The position numbers and the translations under genes were made by a program. Of a DNA stretch of 64,000 nucleotides, positions 29,061-44,670 are shown one piece after another. Each line of letters starts with the position of its first letter. Position 1 is the stretch's first letter. The notes beneath the pieces were generated by a model. That model worked only from the letters and a program-made list of their open reading frames with translations. It had not been told where the DNA came from and made no database searches. The stretch is from the human T2T-CHM13v2.0 reference genome, Homo sapiens, in assembly GCF_009914755.1 (NCBI RefSeq), contig NC_060944.1; one strand, 5' to 3'.

Positions 29061-30584
29061 AGTTTTTGTGGCGTTGGAAATATTGTGTAACTTGATCGTG
29101 TTGGTAGTTACATGTCTGTACATATTTGTTAAAACTCATTGAACTATACACTTAACAATAGTAGACTTTATAATGTATGTACATTGCACTTCAATAAATG
29201 TGACTTTTTAAAAGTGTCTGGAACTTTATTTTTTTTAAGTGGCAGGACCTCATTACAAGTAAGTTCAGAACTAAGTTAGGACTACTATAATCCTGCTAGC
29301 ACCACCCTCATGTAAACATTTTCATTTTGGTTTATTTTATACATATATAGATATTTGCTTTTTATTAAATAATATGTAAATTTTAAATTAGTATTTCAGT
29401 TAGTAATATACCATAAGTTAATTTTGCTGTTTCCCACATTCTTCATAAAGTTCATCTTTAATGATTGTGTTGTATTGAATTGAGTGAATGTGCACTTGTT
29501 AAACCTGGGCATCTGGGATGTGTTTAAAAATTATTCTCATAATTTTATATATATATGAAATGTTTTACAATTTAAGAGATATATGCTGACTTCCATGCCT
29601 CTGTTCATCGTTTTTGTCTATCCTACTTGGGGTACTCATTTCCATGGTCATACTATAGGCCTTAAATTAGCAATAGCTGCAATCCCTCCATAGTCTCCAT
29701 TTAAGGCATTACACTCTGCTCTACATATTCTCTTGCCAGATCTTCCTGTGGTTTACTGTGATATTGACTTCATCAATTTCTACAATTCATTGATCCTATT
29801 GCATTTTCAATATCCCTTATTCATCTCATATCCTCAATACCAACCATATCTTTTCTCTTCTTTCTAGTATAAACAGAAGACTTACACTTACATCTAATTG
29901 TTCAAAATATTGTCCTATGACAACCGTAGACTTAAGGAACATTAAGAAAGTATTTTGATTTTCCCCCATTATTTTATAGAAGAGACATGCAGGGTCAAAG
30001 GGATTATGAATGGATGCTCTGTGAGCCAGTCAATAGCATATGTCCCAAAGGCTACAGGTTAAGTATATTACCTGGCCCAGCAGCTTTAAAATCATCTTTT
30101 GGTCTCCTACTCTAGACAGCAAACTTCAGTTCAGGCACCAGTGATGCTATTATGTGAGGAATATTGACTTGCCTCTGTTTTTGTTTTTAAATAACATCAG
30201 ATTTGGTATCAGTTATCACTTAAAAGTTATATGTGAGACACTTTCTCAGTGTATGTGACCTTGGCTGGGAAGCATTGCTTTAGAGGTGCAGAGATCAGAG
30301 ATCAGATAACTTTGATAACTCGGTATGTGCAATGGTAGAAGTATTTTAAACATGCCATGAAAGGGGATATTTCAATTCATAGCATCTATTTTTGGGGAAA
30401 AGGCTCCCAAATAGTATTGGCTCAGTCAGTCAGATCACTTGTTTGGAGATAGGGTTGGTAATATGACTCTATGCACTGTGCATACTCTTAGATTCAAGGG
30501 TCCCATTCAAGGAATTTATATTATGGTAGCACTCATTTAAAGATCAAGAAAAAATGGACATGGGTGTTCACTAAAGCATACTTT

Positions 30585-31307
30585 TGTGAACCCAAAAGTA
30601 TGTGAGACAGGTCTCAATCCATTTAGAACATTTAGTTTGCCAAGGTTAAGTACGCACCTGTGACACAGCCTTAGGAGGTCCTGACGACATGTGCCCAAAG
30701 TGGTCAGGGCACAGCTCGATTTTATACATTTTAGGAGAAATCAGGCATCAAACAGTATGTTTAAGTTATACATTGCTTAAGTCCAGAAAGGCAGGACAAT
30801 CTCAAATGGGAGTGGGAGCTTCTACATCATAGGTAGATAAGAGACAAACAGTGGCATTATTTTGAGGCTCTGATTAGGCTTTTACTGAATACAAAACTCA
30901 CACGTGAGAGGTGGGTAGACGAATAGTGACTTAGGTCTTAATGTTGCTTAGTGAATATGCATTATTACAGAAACAATAGGTAACAGGAAGCAATCAGATA
31001 TGCATTTGTTTCAGGTGAACAGAGGAATGACTTTGAGTTCTGTCTGTCCTTTGTCCCACACCTGTGAAGATAAGCTATCAATTTACATTACCAGGGTGAA
31101 ATTCAACAGAAATGCTTTTGGATAAAGATGTTCAGGCCCACAGGGAATTTCCTTGTTGACAAATTGTGAAGGAGGTATGTAGCTTTTTCTTCTTTATAGC
31201 TATCTTATTAAGTAATAAAATGGGATGTTTGCCTGACACAGTTCCCAGCTTGACTTTTCCCTCTGGCTTAGTGATTTGGGGGTCCCGAGATTTATTTTTC
31301 TTTCACA
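30585..31307 (-). mobile_element. MER4A-type ERV1 solo LTR
   Basis: Reverse begins TGTGAAAGAAAAATAAATCTCGGGACCCCCAAATCACTAAGCC; TG...CA ends. Confidence 0.85.
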
Positions 31308-33149
31308 TTTTGCAAGACTATGGATGCTTAATAGGGTGAGATTAGCAATTGAAAGAGAAAAAATTTTGATTCTTAAAATCTTCACCCTTTCCCTCAAACT
31401 CTTTGAACCTTGTTCTTCTTCTAATGGACATTTGTGTGCATGATTGAGGTGTAGTATCTTAGGTGCTGTAGGAAACAGTAATATTCAAGAATGTGCTGTG
31501 ATCTGCACTAAGGAGGTGATGCTACTGAACAAGGCCAAAATAAATCTACCTATGGAGAAGTATTCTTGCCGAAAACGATGAACCTTAATCTCATCTGCTC
31601 TCTAAATCTAAATTGTAGTTTACCAGAGCCACAAAAGATATTCAAGAAAATGTTAAATGGCAGCATAATGAAACATTTTTAAAAATCCAGAATGTGGGAC
31701 ATCTTACTTGACAACTGAACTGATGTCTTCTATAGGCCAAAAGCATGAATTTAAAGTGGATCAAAGGGGGGATACTCTTCCATATTCAAAGAGACTCAAG
31801 AGAGAAAACAATCACATGCAAAGAATGGGTATTTTTGAGATGACTGGAAATTTTGAAGTTTCGTTTTGTAGGGTATAAAATAATATTAAGGAATTATTAA
31901 CTTTCTTCAGTGTGATAGTTGTATTTTTGTTATATTAGAAAATGTAATTCTTTGAAGTATGCATGGGAGTGTTTAGGGGGAAAATAATACAGTGTCATGA
32001 TTTTGTTTTAAAATTACAATAACAAAAGGGCAGAAAGACAATATTGATAGATAAAGGAAGTGTGGCACATGTTGAAAATTGCTGAATCTCGGTGATGAGG
32101 TGATGGAATACTTCACTCTTTACTTCTATTAATGTTTGAAATTTTTCATAATATAAAGGTATGAAAATGTTTAGTTCTTGTCCAGAAGAAAAGTGGTAAG
32201 CAGAACCTTCGTGTATTTTTATTTGTTGGATTTTCTGGATTTGCGTCCAACTGTCAATTGACTCACCTGAATGAAATACAGTTATTATTGTATTTATGAT
32301 AATAAGAATAGGGTGGAAGTGGGTGATGTGATATTTGAACTTGAACAAAAAGAAATTTCAAATTTTTATATATTTATCTCTTTTCATATTATAATAATTC
32401 CTCCACATGAACACACCTCCTTTCATTCACTTCATGAGCCATGTTTTATAATGAACAATTAAAGTCAAGGAACACCCAAAAGCTTTTGCTGCTTCTGCTT
32501 TATACTTTAATAAACTTTGCATGACCTTCTTGTGGGTCTTATCATGGAATGAATAGCTTATATCTGATAACACCGCCAAGAGTTCTAGATGCATCCAACA
32601 CACATGGATTAAAGTAGAAAATCCAGTCAAAGTAGGTTTGAGATCTTGTGTTCCTTACATTCGTGCCCCGTTTCTAAGTTCTGCATTTTTAGCTCACACA
32701 TATCTTCCCCTTTATAATTTATGCCTCCTTTTCATTTCAAACTGTGTTCTCTACTAAAGGGAATTGGGTGGGGGACAGGGTGGGAGTGGCGTTCAAATAC
32801 ACTTGTTTTGTCACATGTGAAAGAAAAAAAATGAGAATAAGGAAAAAGAAGGCTGAGCTTGACCAGTGAGATAGAATGATTCGGACTGAACCTAGTTATC
32901 CAAAATAAAAAGGGAAACGCTGGTGAGAAGCGCTACCTGAAGAGGATTCTGGAAACTGGTCCAAAGGATTCACGGCGTCAAAACCACTTCTGTTCCAGGA
33001 AAGGTGGCTTTAATGATTGGGCTTCTGGGGGAAATATTAAGTATAAATTAGAATCCTGTTTTTGGAGACATTTTGGTTTAAAGAAGACAGTGCTGAGTTT
33101 GCATTCTGCTCTAGAATTGTGTGACATACAGTCCAAATTCAAACGGTAG

Positions 33150-33600
33150 TAGCCAGCCCTCCGCCAGAGAAAGGCAACGACATTGCCAATTCTTTGCGAG
33201 GATTCTGGGAGCAGTAACCTTGGAGCTCTGTGTAGGCGGCCAGGCTTCTGCTACAGGAGGGCGTGGCTGTGACGATTATCTCATTGGGGATTCTGGGGTT
33301 ATAATCCAGGAACTGTGGGTAAGTACAGTCACTTCTGCTCCATGAAAGTGAGGTCATCATTCGTTTCAGGAAGTTGAGTGAGGCCTGAGACAGCAATGTT
33401 TCGTTTAGCCTGGCGGTGGCCCTCCTTGTCTTCAAGAAGAGCATCCGTGGCTAGCAGTGGAAGATGGGGTTGGGCCCCAGGTGAGTGACCCTTTGTCGAG
33501 TTTGCAGAATTTAGTCTTGGCGGGTTGAGAATCTCTTGTATTTTGTGCGCTCTGTTCCTACTCCAGGACTGACCAGGCAGTTCTGCCACCTTCTAGGGGT
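33150..33600 (+). promoter_or_regulatory. KZNF-type promoter/first-exon module B (probable copy of ZNF112 upstream alternative exon 1)
   Basis: Degenerate TTCTGGG motifs at 33203 and 33291; ATG GGG TTG GGC CCC AG 33464-33480 then perfect donor GTGAGT; ZNF112 assignment inferred from 19q13.31 gene order. Confidence 0.6.
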
Positions 33601-34347
33601 GTGAAATTGGGAAGTAATTCAAACTGTATGTGCCTAGCATTCCTTTTATGTAACATGAGGGGAATAGAAGTACCAAACCGATGCAGTTCAGTGGAGAATT
33701 AAATGAGATAGTCACAAGTAAAAGGTGGTAAGTGTGGTTCATTTTATTAATTTTCTTTTAATTTCCCGAGAAGCCCCAGTTACCTAAAAGCTTCTGTGAG
33801 CCTGGGAAGGGATCAGAGTTCCACCTGCAGTGCTATTTTGCCCCTTCTTTCTGATCCTTACAGGAAGCAGGACGATTCCTGGATTCCCTTTTTAAAAAAG
33901 TGGGGGTGGGGGTGTGGGGATGGGGGTGGGGGGTGGGGCGGGAATCACTCCAGGCTATTGTATGGGGATGTCCTCTGTGATTCGTGCAGGAGGGAGACAT
34001 AGTTCTGGTTTCTCGCAGATGGTCACAGGAATGAGGAAAGAATGACTCTTTGGCTCCTAGCAGCAGAATCTTAACTGAGTATGACTTAGCATCCTTCTTC
34101 TTGCTGTGTCATCTCTCTTCTCAGGGCAGAAGATATTTACGAATTAGCACATTCTGCTAGCACATCTGTGGGAAAAGGTAGGAAGGAAGGAGGGAGGGTG
34201 GGAAGGAGGAAAGAAGATCCACTCCTTATACTGGAAAAAAAGGAGCAATATACTTTTCCTCAAAATGAGAAGTCAAGCCCAAAAGAATTCTGTACAGACC
34301 ACCTTAAAATAACATCTTTCAAGCCTGTCTGCATGATTTAGTTGCTT

Positions 34348-34500
34348 CTTTTTTTAAAAAAAATTAATTTATTTTTATTTTGTAGAGACACGGTCTTACT
34401 GCGTTGACCAGGATGGTCTCAAACTCCTGGCTACAGGCTATCCTCCTGCCTCTGTCTCCCAAAGTGCTGGGATTACAAGCATGAGCCACCAGGCCTGGCC
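34348..34500 (-). mobile_element. Alu left monomer/FLAM inside an ERV1-like LTR remnant (~34290-34718)
   Basis: Reverse Alu left arm; flanking ATTAAATAAATTTGCCTGCT...CTACA LTR end. Confidence 0.65.
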
Positions 34501-35520
34501 CAATTGCTTCTTAACAACTTACTATTCTTTGTTCACTACAGTGTATACATAACTGACTTTTTCTTTGGAGCTTCATTTTGTAATGAAGGCTCTGGTCACA
34601 TGTAAGACTTGTATTAAATAAATTTGCCTGCTGTTCTGTTAATCTGTGTTATGCTAATTTAATTCTTGAGCCCAGCTGGGTCCTGGAGAGGATAGAGTGA
34701 AGTTTTGTGGCAGCTACATAAGTCAATGAAATTGGAAACAGAAAAACAATCTTTAAAAATCAACAAAATCATAACCTTATTCTTTGAGAAGATCAATATA
34801 GTTTATAAACCTTTCAACTGACTCACCCACAGGGAAAAAGAAGAAAACAAAAATCAGGAGGGAGGGAACGTTATTACAAATTTTGCAGATACTAAAAGGA
34901 TTATAAGGGAACATTACAAACAACTCTTTGTCCATAAATTCATCAATTTACATGACATGGAATATTGCTTGAAAGGCACAAACTACCAAAGCTCACTCAG
35001 AAAGAATGGATAACCTAGATACTTGCGTGTATGTATGTGTGTGCATACATACAATTTTTACACACACACACACACATATATATATGCACAGTTAATTTTT
35101 TCTATCTTTTGTAGAGATGGGTTTTTACCATGTTGCCTGGGCTGGTCTTGAACTCCTGGGCTCAAGTGCTCTGCCCACCTTGGCCTCCCAAAGTGCTGGG
35201 ATTACAGGCTTGACACACTGCACTTGCCTGGCCTGATATATATTTCAAAACTGATTTAATAGATAAAGCCTTCCAACAACAACAATAAAAAAACCAATAT
35301 TGAGATGAATTCATTGGTGGATTCTACTAAACATTTAAAGAGTAAAGATGTGAATTTTAAATAAACCCAGAAACAAAAAGAGAAGGGAACACCCACCCAC
35401 CCCCAGCTTGTCTCATGAGGCCAGCGTTAATCTGATAATACCAAACAAGACAAAGAAATTACAAGGAAAGAAAACTACAGATGAATATCCTTCATGAACT
35501 AAGTGAAAAAATCCTGAATA

Positions 35521-35810
35521 CAGTAGTACCTTGGTATCGGTGGGGAATTGGTTCAGGGACCCTTATGGAAATCAAAATCCGTGGATGCTCAAGTCTGTTA
35601 TGTAAAATGGCCATAATATTCTCATGTAACCTTTTCATATCACCCTGCATACTTCAAATTATTTCTATCCCTACACAATAAAAATGCCCTGTAAATAGTT
35701 GTCATACTATATTGCATTTTTTATTTGTGTTATTTTTATTGTTGTGTTGTTAATTTGTATTTTTTTCTGAATATTTTTGATCCCTGTTTCATTGAATCTG
35801 TGGATGCTTC
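35521..35810. mobile_element. MER2 (TcMar-Tigger) fragment
   Basis: TA|CAGTAGTACCTTGGTATCGGTGGGGAATTGGTTCAGGGACCC...AAAATCCGTGGATGCTCAAGTC. Confidence 0.75.
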
Positions 35811-36190
35811 TGTAGTATCCACTGGCATGAAGACCTAGATGACAGAGACTGAGGTGACCACAGGACCTGGAAAGTGAGGGAAGAAATCCTGGGAAAAAGA
35901 TGTCAAGCAAAGAATTGCCCCTTATTCTACATTAAACTCTGCCCAAATTTCAGACTGACTGACACCCAGAATGTATAAAGACTTGTACAATTCAATATTA
36001 AAGAGCCCAACATCTCAATTATAATGGGCAAAATTTGAACAGTTACTTTACAAAGGAAGACATACAAATTGTTAATATAGCCTGTGAAGAAGTGTGACAT
36101 TATTGGTCATCAGGAAAAAGCAAATGGAAACTGCAGAGAGATGCAACTACACAACCACCAGAATGGCAGATATTAAAAATAGTGATAGCA

Positions 36191-36502
<312 letters not shown>

Positions 36503-37144
36503 TTATTAGGATTCAAAACAATCAGAAATTGCATATATTTTGGGAGACAGTGTAAAATTAATCTTTTGGGAGATGATCTGGTGTTTTCTTAAGCAGTTAA
36601 ACACACCAAGCAATTCTAATCATAGATATTTATTCCAGAGAAAAGAAAGCATATGACCACAAAAATACTTTTATAAGTATGCTGCAGGATCTTTATTCAT
36701 AAAAATATTTAGACAATTAAAATGTAAGCAAGTTTCCAAAGACATATATTCATGCAATAGAACATCACTCAGTAATAAAAAGGATCAAATAACTGATATG
36801 TGCATCAACATGGATGGATCTGAAAAACACTATATTCAGAGAATTGTAATGCAGAAGAGTTCTTACCGTATGGTTCCATATATTTCATATTCTAAAATTA
36901 GTAAAATTTATGGTGAAAAAGTGGAACAGTGGTTGCCACTGGGGGAAGGGGTTAGAGATTGACTGGTAAGTGTCATGGGGGAATCTGTCGGGTAATGCTA
37001 ATGTTCTGATGGCTAAGTAATAAGTAAGATAGCTAGATGGATGACTAAGACGTAAATGTTGCTAATTTTAGAATTTAAGCTGAGAATATATGGGTGACTA
37101 CTGTATAATTCTTCCAACTCTTCTTTATGGTATAAAATTTCAGA

Positions 37145-37438
<294 letters not shown>

Positions 37439-38449
37439 TTTTTTTTAGTAAAATATTGAGAAAAACCTAGTTTTGAGTGAAAAATTTTAACAGAGTTTTA
37501 TAACACAAGATATATATATATGCATCCGAAATTCCATACATTTGCCAAAAAGACATACCAGCAACAGGCACACATTAAACAGATCGACCTGGCTACTGAT
37601 GCTACAGGGGAGAAAATGAGAGTGGGTAGTGGGGGATATAATGGAACAAATAAATAATATCTGTTTGTTTTTTTCTTTCTATTTTTAATATGTATGCCGT
37701 CAAACATTCCCCTATTCAAATAAATGATAGTTTTATGTTCACATTTTATTCAGTATTTCTATGTAAATAAACTAGGAAGACGGTCTGTGGAAGCTTTATC
37801 TGTGTTGTTGCCAAAGGTCTGTAATATGTCTTGAAGAATATTTTCCAGAAAGAATTTAGAAGTGATTCACAACTGAATCTTGTATGCCAAGAATAGTGCA
37901 CATGAACAAAACATTCTCTGACCATAGAAGGATCAATCTTTTCATTTCAAAACCCCAGAGATTATTTTTATATTTTATTACTACTTTTAATGTTGCAGAC
38001 AATAATTAAAATGAAAAGCTTATTTTTTCATTCCTTTGAAATTGACTCAATTCTTTAGTCTTCAGCCTTGCCATTAAAAAAAATTTTCAATGTCTACAAG
38101 TGCATCTCTAGGAGTCTCTTCCTCCTTTTTCTCTTACTCTTCCTCTCCTACTTCTCCTCCTACACACCCTGGCCTTCCACCCACTTCTCCTCCATCTTCT
38201 TCTCCTCCTTCCAATATGTGATTTTGCCCATTTGGATAAATTGTTTATTCTCTCTTAATGATTTATTTATTACAATCTGCTTCCTTCTCTAATCTTCATT
38301 TTTTCTCATTAGCTTATAAGATACACCTGATCAATATGTTCATATCCATTATAGAGTTTCTCATTATTTTTAGTCCTTCCCTCTAAGTTCTGAAAAAAGT
38401 TCTATGCCATATATTCAGTTTCCTTTGAAACATATCATTGATTTTTTAA

Positions 38450-38990
38450 AAAATACTTTATTTTAAGAGCAGTTTTAGGGTTACAGAAAAATTGCAGAAA
38501 AAGTATTAATATTTCCCATATGCTCTCCTTTCCCCTGCCCAGTTTCTCCTATTGTTTGCATCTTGCATGTGTGTGGCATATTTGTTACAACTAATGAACC
38601 AATATCGACACATTATTATTAACTAAAGTCTGTGGTTGACATTAGGGCTTACTCTTTGTGTTGTACATTCCATGGGTTTTGACAAAGCATAACATCCTAT
38701 ATCCACCATACCATATCATACAGAATAGTGTCACTGCTTAAAAATACCCTGTACTCTACCAATTAATCTCTCTGAACCTCTAACAACCACTGATCACTTT
38801 ACTGACCTTTAGTTTTGCCTTTTCCAGATTATCATATAGTTGAATTACAGTATGTAGCTTTGACAGACTGGCTTCTTTCCATTAACAATATGAATTTAAG
38901 GTTATTCTATGTGTTTTCATAACTTCATATCTCATTTCTTTTTATGGCTGAATAATACTCTATTGTATTGATGTACCATAGTTTGTTGGT
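38450..38990 (-). mobile_element. L1MC/MD 3' end
   Basis: AGAGCAGTTTTAGGGTTACAGAAAAATTG...ACACATTATTATTAACTAAAGTC. Confidence 0.75.
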
Positions 38991-40094
38991 CATATATCAT
39001 TGATTTTTACAGATTGAAATATCACTTACATTCAGAAAAGTGTCCAAATCATAAATATACATGTGAAAGTATGAACATAAAATGAACAGCTGTATAATCA
39101 CCACTCACAACCAAAAATGGAGCATGGTAGAATTGCAAACACCCCACTCTCACAGCATCATGATGCTTTCTTCCCCAGGAAAAGAAACCGCTACCCTAAG
39201 TTTTAAGGTTCCCTTGCTTTTCTTTATATTTTTACTATTTAATTGTCCAAAATCATCCTACTGATGAATTTTGCATGTCTAATGAACAAGTGGAATCACG
39301 CTGCATCTACTGGGTTTGTCTAGTTATTTTGCTCAACATATTTATGGGAGTCATCATGGTATTGCATGTACAGCTAAAGTTTGTTCAATGTCCTTGCTCT
39401 TACCTTGTGTAAATAACAAAAAATATTTATCCATACTATCATCGATAGACATCTGAAGTATTCTCAGTATGTCATTGTGATGAATGATCCTGCTATGAAC
39501 ATTCTTATATGTGTATTTTGGTACACATTTCTTATGGGTTTATACACTGAGTAGATTTAAGTGTCATAAGAAATGCTTTTCAAATTGTGCTCTACAATCC
39601 ACCAGCCTTAGATTGTTGCATGTAGTGGGAGGTATAGGTCAATTTCAGTTTTATTTCACAATATTCAATTTAACAGCAACATGTGTTGAATATTTGCCCT
39701 GTTCCCATGGTGCTGCAGTGCCACATTTGTTGCAGATCTGAAGTCAACATGAGCATGCATATAAAATTCAAAAGATCTACACATAAAATATTAAAATTAA
39801 TTAGATTAGTTGGCAAGATTGCAGGATAAAGGAGCAAATGTGGTATTTAGTAGAAATGGTTGGAGTGGACATCATTATTTTGTTCCCCATCGTAGAGGAA
39901 ATGTTTTCAATATTTCACTATTCCTTTTGGTATTTGTTGCCATTTTTGTAGATCTTTACTATTGCTTAGTTGCCTAAATTTTCTTATGACAAATGGGTGA
40001 TTAATCAAACTTTTTTTTTTCTGTTTCTGATACCTAGGTCATGATGTGTTACCCTTTTATATATGATTGGCAACATTTTGTTTAGGATTTTTGA

Positions 40095-40489
<395 letters not shown>

Positions 40490-40838
40490 AGACCTGTCAT
40501 TTTCTATTGTAATGAAGCCTCTCACAAATTTTGTCAGTGTTATTATAGTGGCCTCATAAAGTTAGTTGGAAAGTGTTTCCTATTTTGTTATTCTGAGGAA
40601 TAATTTTGAGATGAACATGGTTTCTTCTTTAAATATTTGGTGGAATTCACTGATGACACCAGATTTCAATGCCATACTCTTTTATCTATGGATTACTTAA
40701 AAGTGGTTTAATTTCCAAACAAGTTTATAATTTAGGGTCCACCTAGAAGATAGAAACCTTACCAATTATTTGAAAAGAAAAATTAGCATATTGTAGAGTT
40801 GGTAGCTAGATTTCTGAAAGAGCAGAAAAAGAACTCTG

Positions 40839-41137
40839 GGCCAGATGCTGTGGCTCACGCCTGTAATCCCAGCACTTTGGGAGGCTGAGGCGGGTGGATC
40901 ACGAGGTCAGGAGGTCTTGAGACCAGCCTGGCAAACATGGTGAAACCCCATCTCTACTGATAACACAAAAATTAGCTGGGAGTGGTGGTGCATGCCTGTA
41001 ATCCCAGCTACTTGGGAGGCTGAGGCAGGAGAATTGCTTGGAGCCGAGACGCAGGGGTTCCAGTGAGCCGAGATGGCACTACTGCACTTCAGCCCGGGGA
41101 ACTGAGCGAGACTATGTCAAAAAAAAAAACAAAAAAA
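40839..41137 (+). mobile_element. AluS
   Basis: Alu consensus; TSD AACTCT. Confidence 0.92.
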
Positions 41138-43139
41138 CTCTAATATATGATGGAAGTAGCAACTGCAGGAAGTAGCAACTGCAGCAAGCAGCAACCACCT
41201 GAGGTCTGAGGAAACAAAGTGAAGAGACAGGAATTACTAAAACTTAGAAGCTTGGAGGAAGGTCATGCTCACCTGAAACTCAGACCTCTAAGGAGAGGCC
41301 AGTGTTCAGCTGGCTCTGCTGTCTCTGAGCTCAGAAACAGGGCCCTGCAATTTTAGCACTTAGACATCTAAGGATCAGTCTTTGGGAAGCTGTTTAATAA
41401 TGTTTATAAAGAGCCATGATGAAATAGGTATTCAAGTGTTAGAAAAACTGAAAATTAGGCAGTTGCTACAAGAAAAAGTACTGCTGGCTGGCAGGCACAG
41501 GATACAGTATATCTCCCTGCCCCCACCACCCCTATACTCTTCTGCTAATAGTTGCCGAACACAGAACCAGATTGGGGGTGTAGAGGTCGGGAAAGATTGG
41601 CTGCAGACTCCCCCATTCCAGCCCCATAAAGCAGAGTGAAGAATGGTGGGTTTGGAGATGAGACAATATTTATTAAATGCACACATGAATCATTTAGTTG
41701 TATTTTTATTGATTTCTAGCCAAATTTCACTGTATTCGAAAACATAGTATTTCAGTATTTTGAAATCCCATATCATTTTACTCATTTGTACAAATCTTAT
41801 GTGCGCCTGAAAAGATGTGCATTTTAATTTTTGCTAGAATCTTTCTTTCCCCCAGCTTCATATAGGTGTCAAAAGTGCTGCAGAGATTCTAGGCTTTTCA
41901 GACCCTAGACTAGACCATCATCCCCAGGAGAAAAGTAGCCCCAAATGCATGACTCTCCCAACTGTTTCTGAATTTTGGCCCACCATTTCTCCATTATCTT
42001 GTCTTTTGATGTCTTTTGACATTTAAAAAGTTTGCTCACCTTTCCTCTGCTACATGTTTGTTCCAAATCACTCATTTTATTATTACTAGAAGTGGAAGTA
42101 TACAAAATATTATTCTGTCCCTTTTATTTTTAAATTTTCATTTTTTCAAAAAAATCACCTATTATCAGATTGATCCTCTTTAATATGTAAACCGTATGGA
42201 TTTTCAAAAACATTTCCTTGGAAAGGAGTTAAATAAAGAATCAAATAGTTTCATCTCTTAATAGTGTCTTTTAAGCCACTGAGCGTTTTCACAGATTGGT
42301 CGTTATGTCTTTTTATTTTCCTCTTCCTTTTCTGGATTGAGTGAACCCATTCACCGTCTTCCCTGAGTCATCCTCCATAAGACAACTTACAATATTTGCT
42401 ATATCAAGAGCAGGGTGAAAATAGGTGATAGATTTTTCTCAAAGAAGAAAAACATTTCAAGGTTTTACAAGGGAGTTATCCCTTCCCATAATAATAACAT
42501 TTTGTCTGTATCAGTACAGCCCTTCTATTTGCCTTATGACTTGCATTTCATCATCAGTAGTTAAAGCAGAGGAAACGTGGGAACCACTTACTGTTTCTGC
42601 TTATGGCCTCATCAACGGTTGCATCTGTTTTTTTTTTGTGGATTCTTGGCATCCACGTTCTTGTGGATCTTGCAACAAACACATTATGGTAGGTAGCAGC
42701 AGCACTATCAGTTTCAGACGCGTCCACACCAAAATGGAATAAAAAAGTAATCCAGTCAAAGAAAGGTTGAGATCCTGTATTCCTCAAATTCGGTGTCCAG
42801 TACAAATCAGCCCAATTTCCTTTAAGTACCTGCATTTTTAGCGCACACATCCCTTCCATTCTGTAATTCTTTTTTTTTCTTCCTGTATTGCAAGCTTCTC
42901 CGTTCTCTCCTTTGTGGGATATTTTCTTGGTAGGTAGGTAGGAAGGTAGGTAAAGTCCGCTTTGGTTGAGTTTATTTGGGTTTGTGTAGCGTTTGAAGAA
43001 AAATAAATTCAAACTCTAGGGGGAAGGGAGTAGAGCTTGACTAGCAGTATAAAATTAGATGGCTAACCAAAAGAGAATAGTGACTATATAAATACTGACT
43101 ATCCAAACGAGAAAGAGACGACTTAAGGGGAAGTGCTGC

Positions 43140-43870
43140 CCTGCAAGAAATTCCGGGAATTGTCCAGAAGATCCACAGGGTCAGAGACACACGCGCCAGG
43201 AAAGGCGCCTTTCATGCACGGTCCTCTGGGGAAAACAGAGAAATATATATAGGAGCTCTCTGTCTTTGGAAGCATTTCGGTTCCAGGAAGGGAGAGTTAA
43301 GGAATTCCTCTGGGACAGGCACATGTGAAATATGATCCAGGCTCTCCGCTTGGCACCCTGCACTTGCGTCCTAGGCAGGCAGAGAGTGGAGAGTTTTTCT
43401 AGGAATTCTGGGAAGTGTAGTTTGGGAGCCCCGTGTAGTCGTGTAACTTCCGCTCTAGGAGGCTGAGGCCGTCTCCCTGATCCCGTCGAGAATTCTGGGA
43501 AGCGTAGTCCAGGAGGTCTCCGTAGGGAGAGCCACTTCCGCCCAAGGTACGCTAGGCCGCGGCCTTCTTTCCTCCCAGAAAGGTGACCCTCCCCGCCCTG
43601 CGTCCTGCTCCTTCCGTCCATACTGATGTTCGTTTTGCTGGAGGCCAGTAGCAACTGGACAGTAGCCCTAGGGGAGGAGAATCCACCTGCGGCGAAGGGT
43701 GGGATTTGTTTTCTTTGAGCCTTCTCCAGTGTGGGGCAGCTGGCGCATCTCCACTTAGCGCAGGGGGTCCGGGATCCTACATCTCAGGGACTGGGGATCT
43801 CCTGGGTTCTGTACTCCCCCAGCCCTTTCCCCTGACCATCAGCCAGCTCTGCCATTTCCTAGCAGTATAA
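43140..43870 (+). promoter_or_regulatory. CpG-rich KZNF promoter/exon-1 module C (probable copy of the main ZNF112 promoter; gene body absent)
   Basis: ZNF143 motifs TTCTGGGAAGTGTAGT 43406-43421 and TTCTGGGAAGCGTAGT 43493-43508; ETS ACTTCCGC at 43446 and 43534; candidate donors AAG|GTACGC (43547) and AAG|GTGACC (43583). Confidence 0.72.
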
Positions 43871-44449
43871 TAAAAGGCGAGTATCTTAATCTCTCTGCCT
43901 ATGTTTCTTTTTCTTTAAAATGGTACTAGTATCTATCTAATGGAGTTCTTTTGAGAGTTAAATAAAAAGGCTTGGAACAGAGCCTGACAGATGGTAGAAG
44001 ATGGGTCTCTTGTTATTAGCACTTTTTAATTTTCTGAGAAGGACTCAGTTCCCTGAAAGCTTCTGTGAGCCCAGGATGGGGTCAGAGCTCCAGCTGCAGA
44101 GTATCCCTGGCCCTTTTCTGATCACTGAGAGATTTTTCTTTAGGAGAGGATCACTCCGGGCTGTCTGGGCAGTCCACTGTAATTCATGCAGGAGTTCTGA
44201 TTTCTCCCATCCTCCTTTCCTTCTTTAGCCTTGACTTCTTGAAAAAGGCTTCAGGGAGAAGGAGGGAATAACCCTTTGGCACTTGGCAGCGGAGTCTCAC
44301 CTGAGTAGTACTTATCATCCTTTCTTCCCAGGGGAGACGATATTTCCTTCATTCATTGGCAAATTCTGCTCGAAGATGCCCTGATATTTGTTCAATAAAT
44401 GCAGAAACGGATGAGGGAGAACTTGGGCATGAGTAATAAAGATAGTATT

Positions 44450-44670
44450 TAAACATTGAGTGCTGATCATTCTAAGAGTTTGATATGAATTAACATATGT
44501 AATCCTCACAAGAGCCCTTTGAGGCTGGGTTGGGTGCCACCATTCCCATCTTAAAGAAAAGCAAAGAGACACACAGCATAGATGGTTTATCTTTAGGTCA
44601 CCCAGGTGGTAAGAGCCTGAGCTGAGATTTGAATTCAGATAGTTTCCATCCATTGCCTTAGTTCTTGATG
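44450..44670 (-). mobile_element. MIR
   Basis: AATCCTCACAAGAGCCCTTTGAGG...GGTCACCCAGGTGGTAAG...GAGATTTGAATTCAG. Confidence 0.7.
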
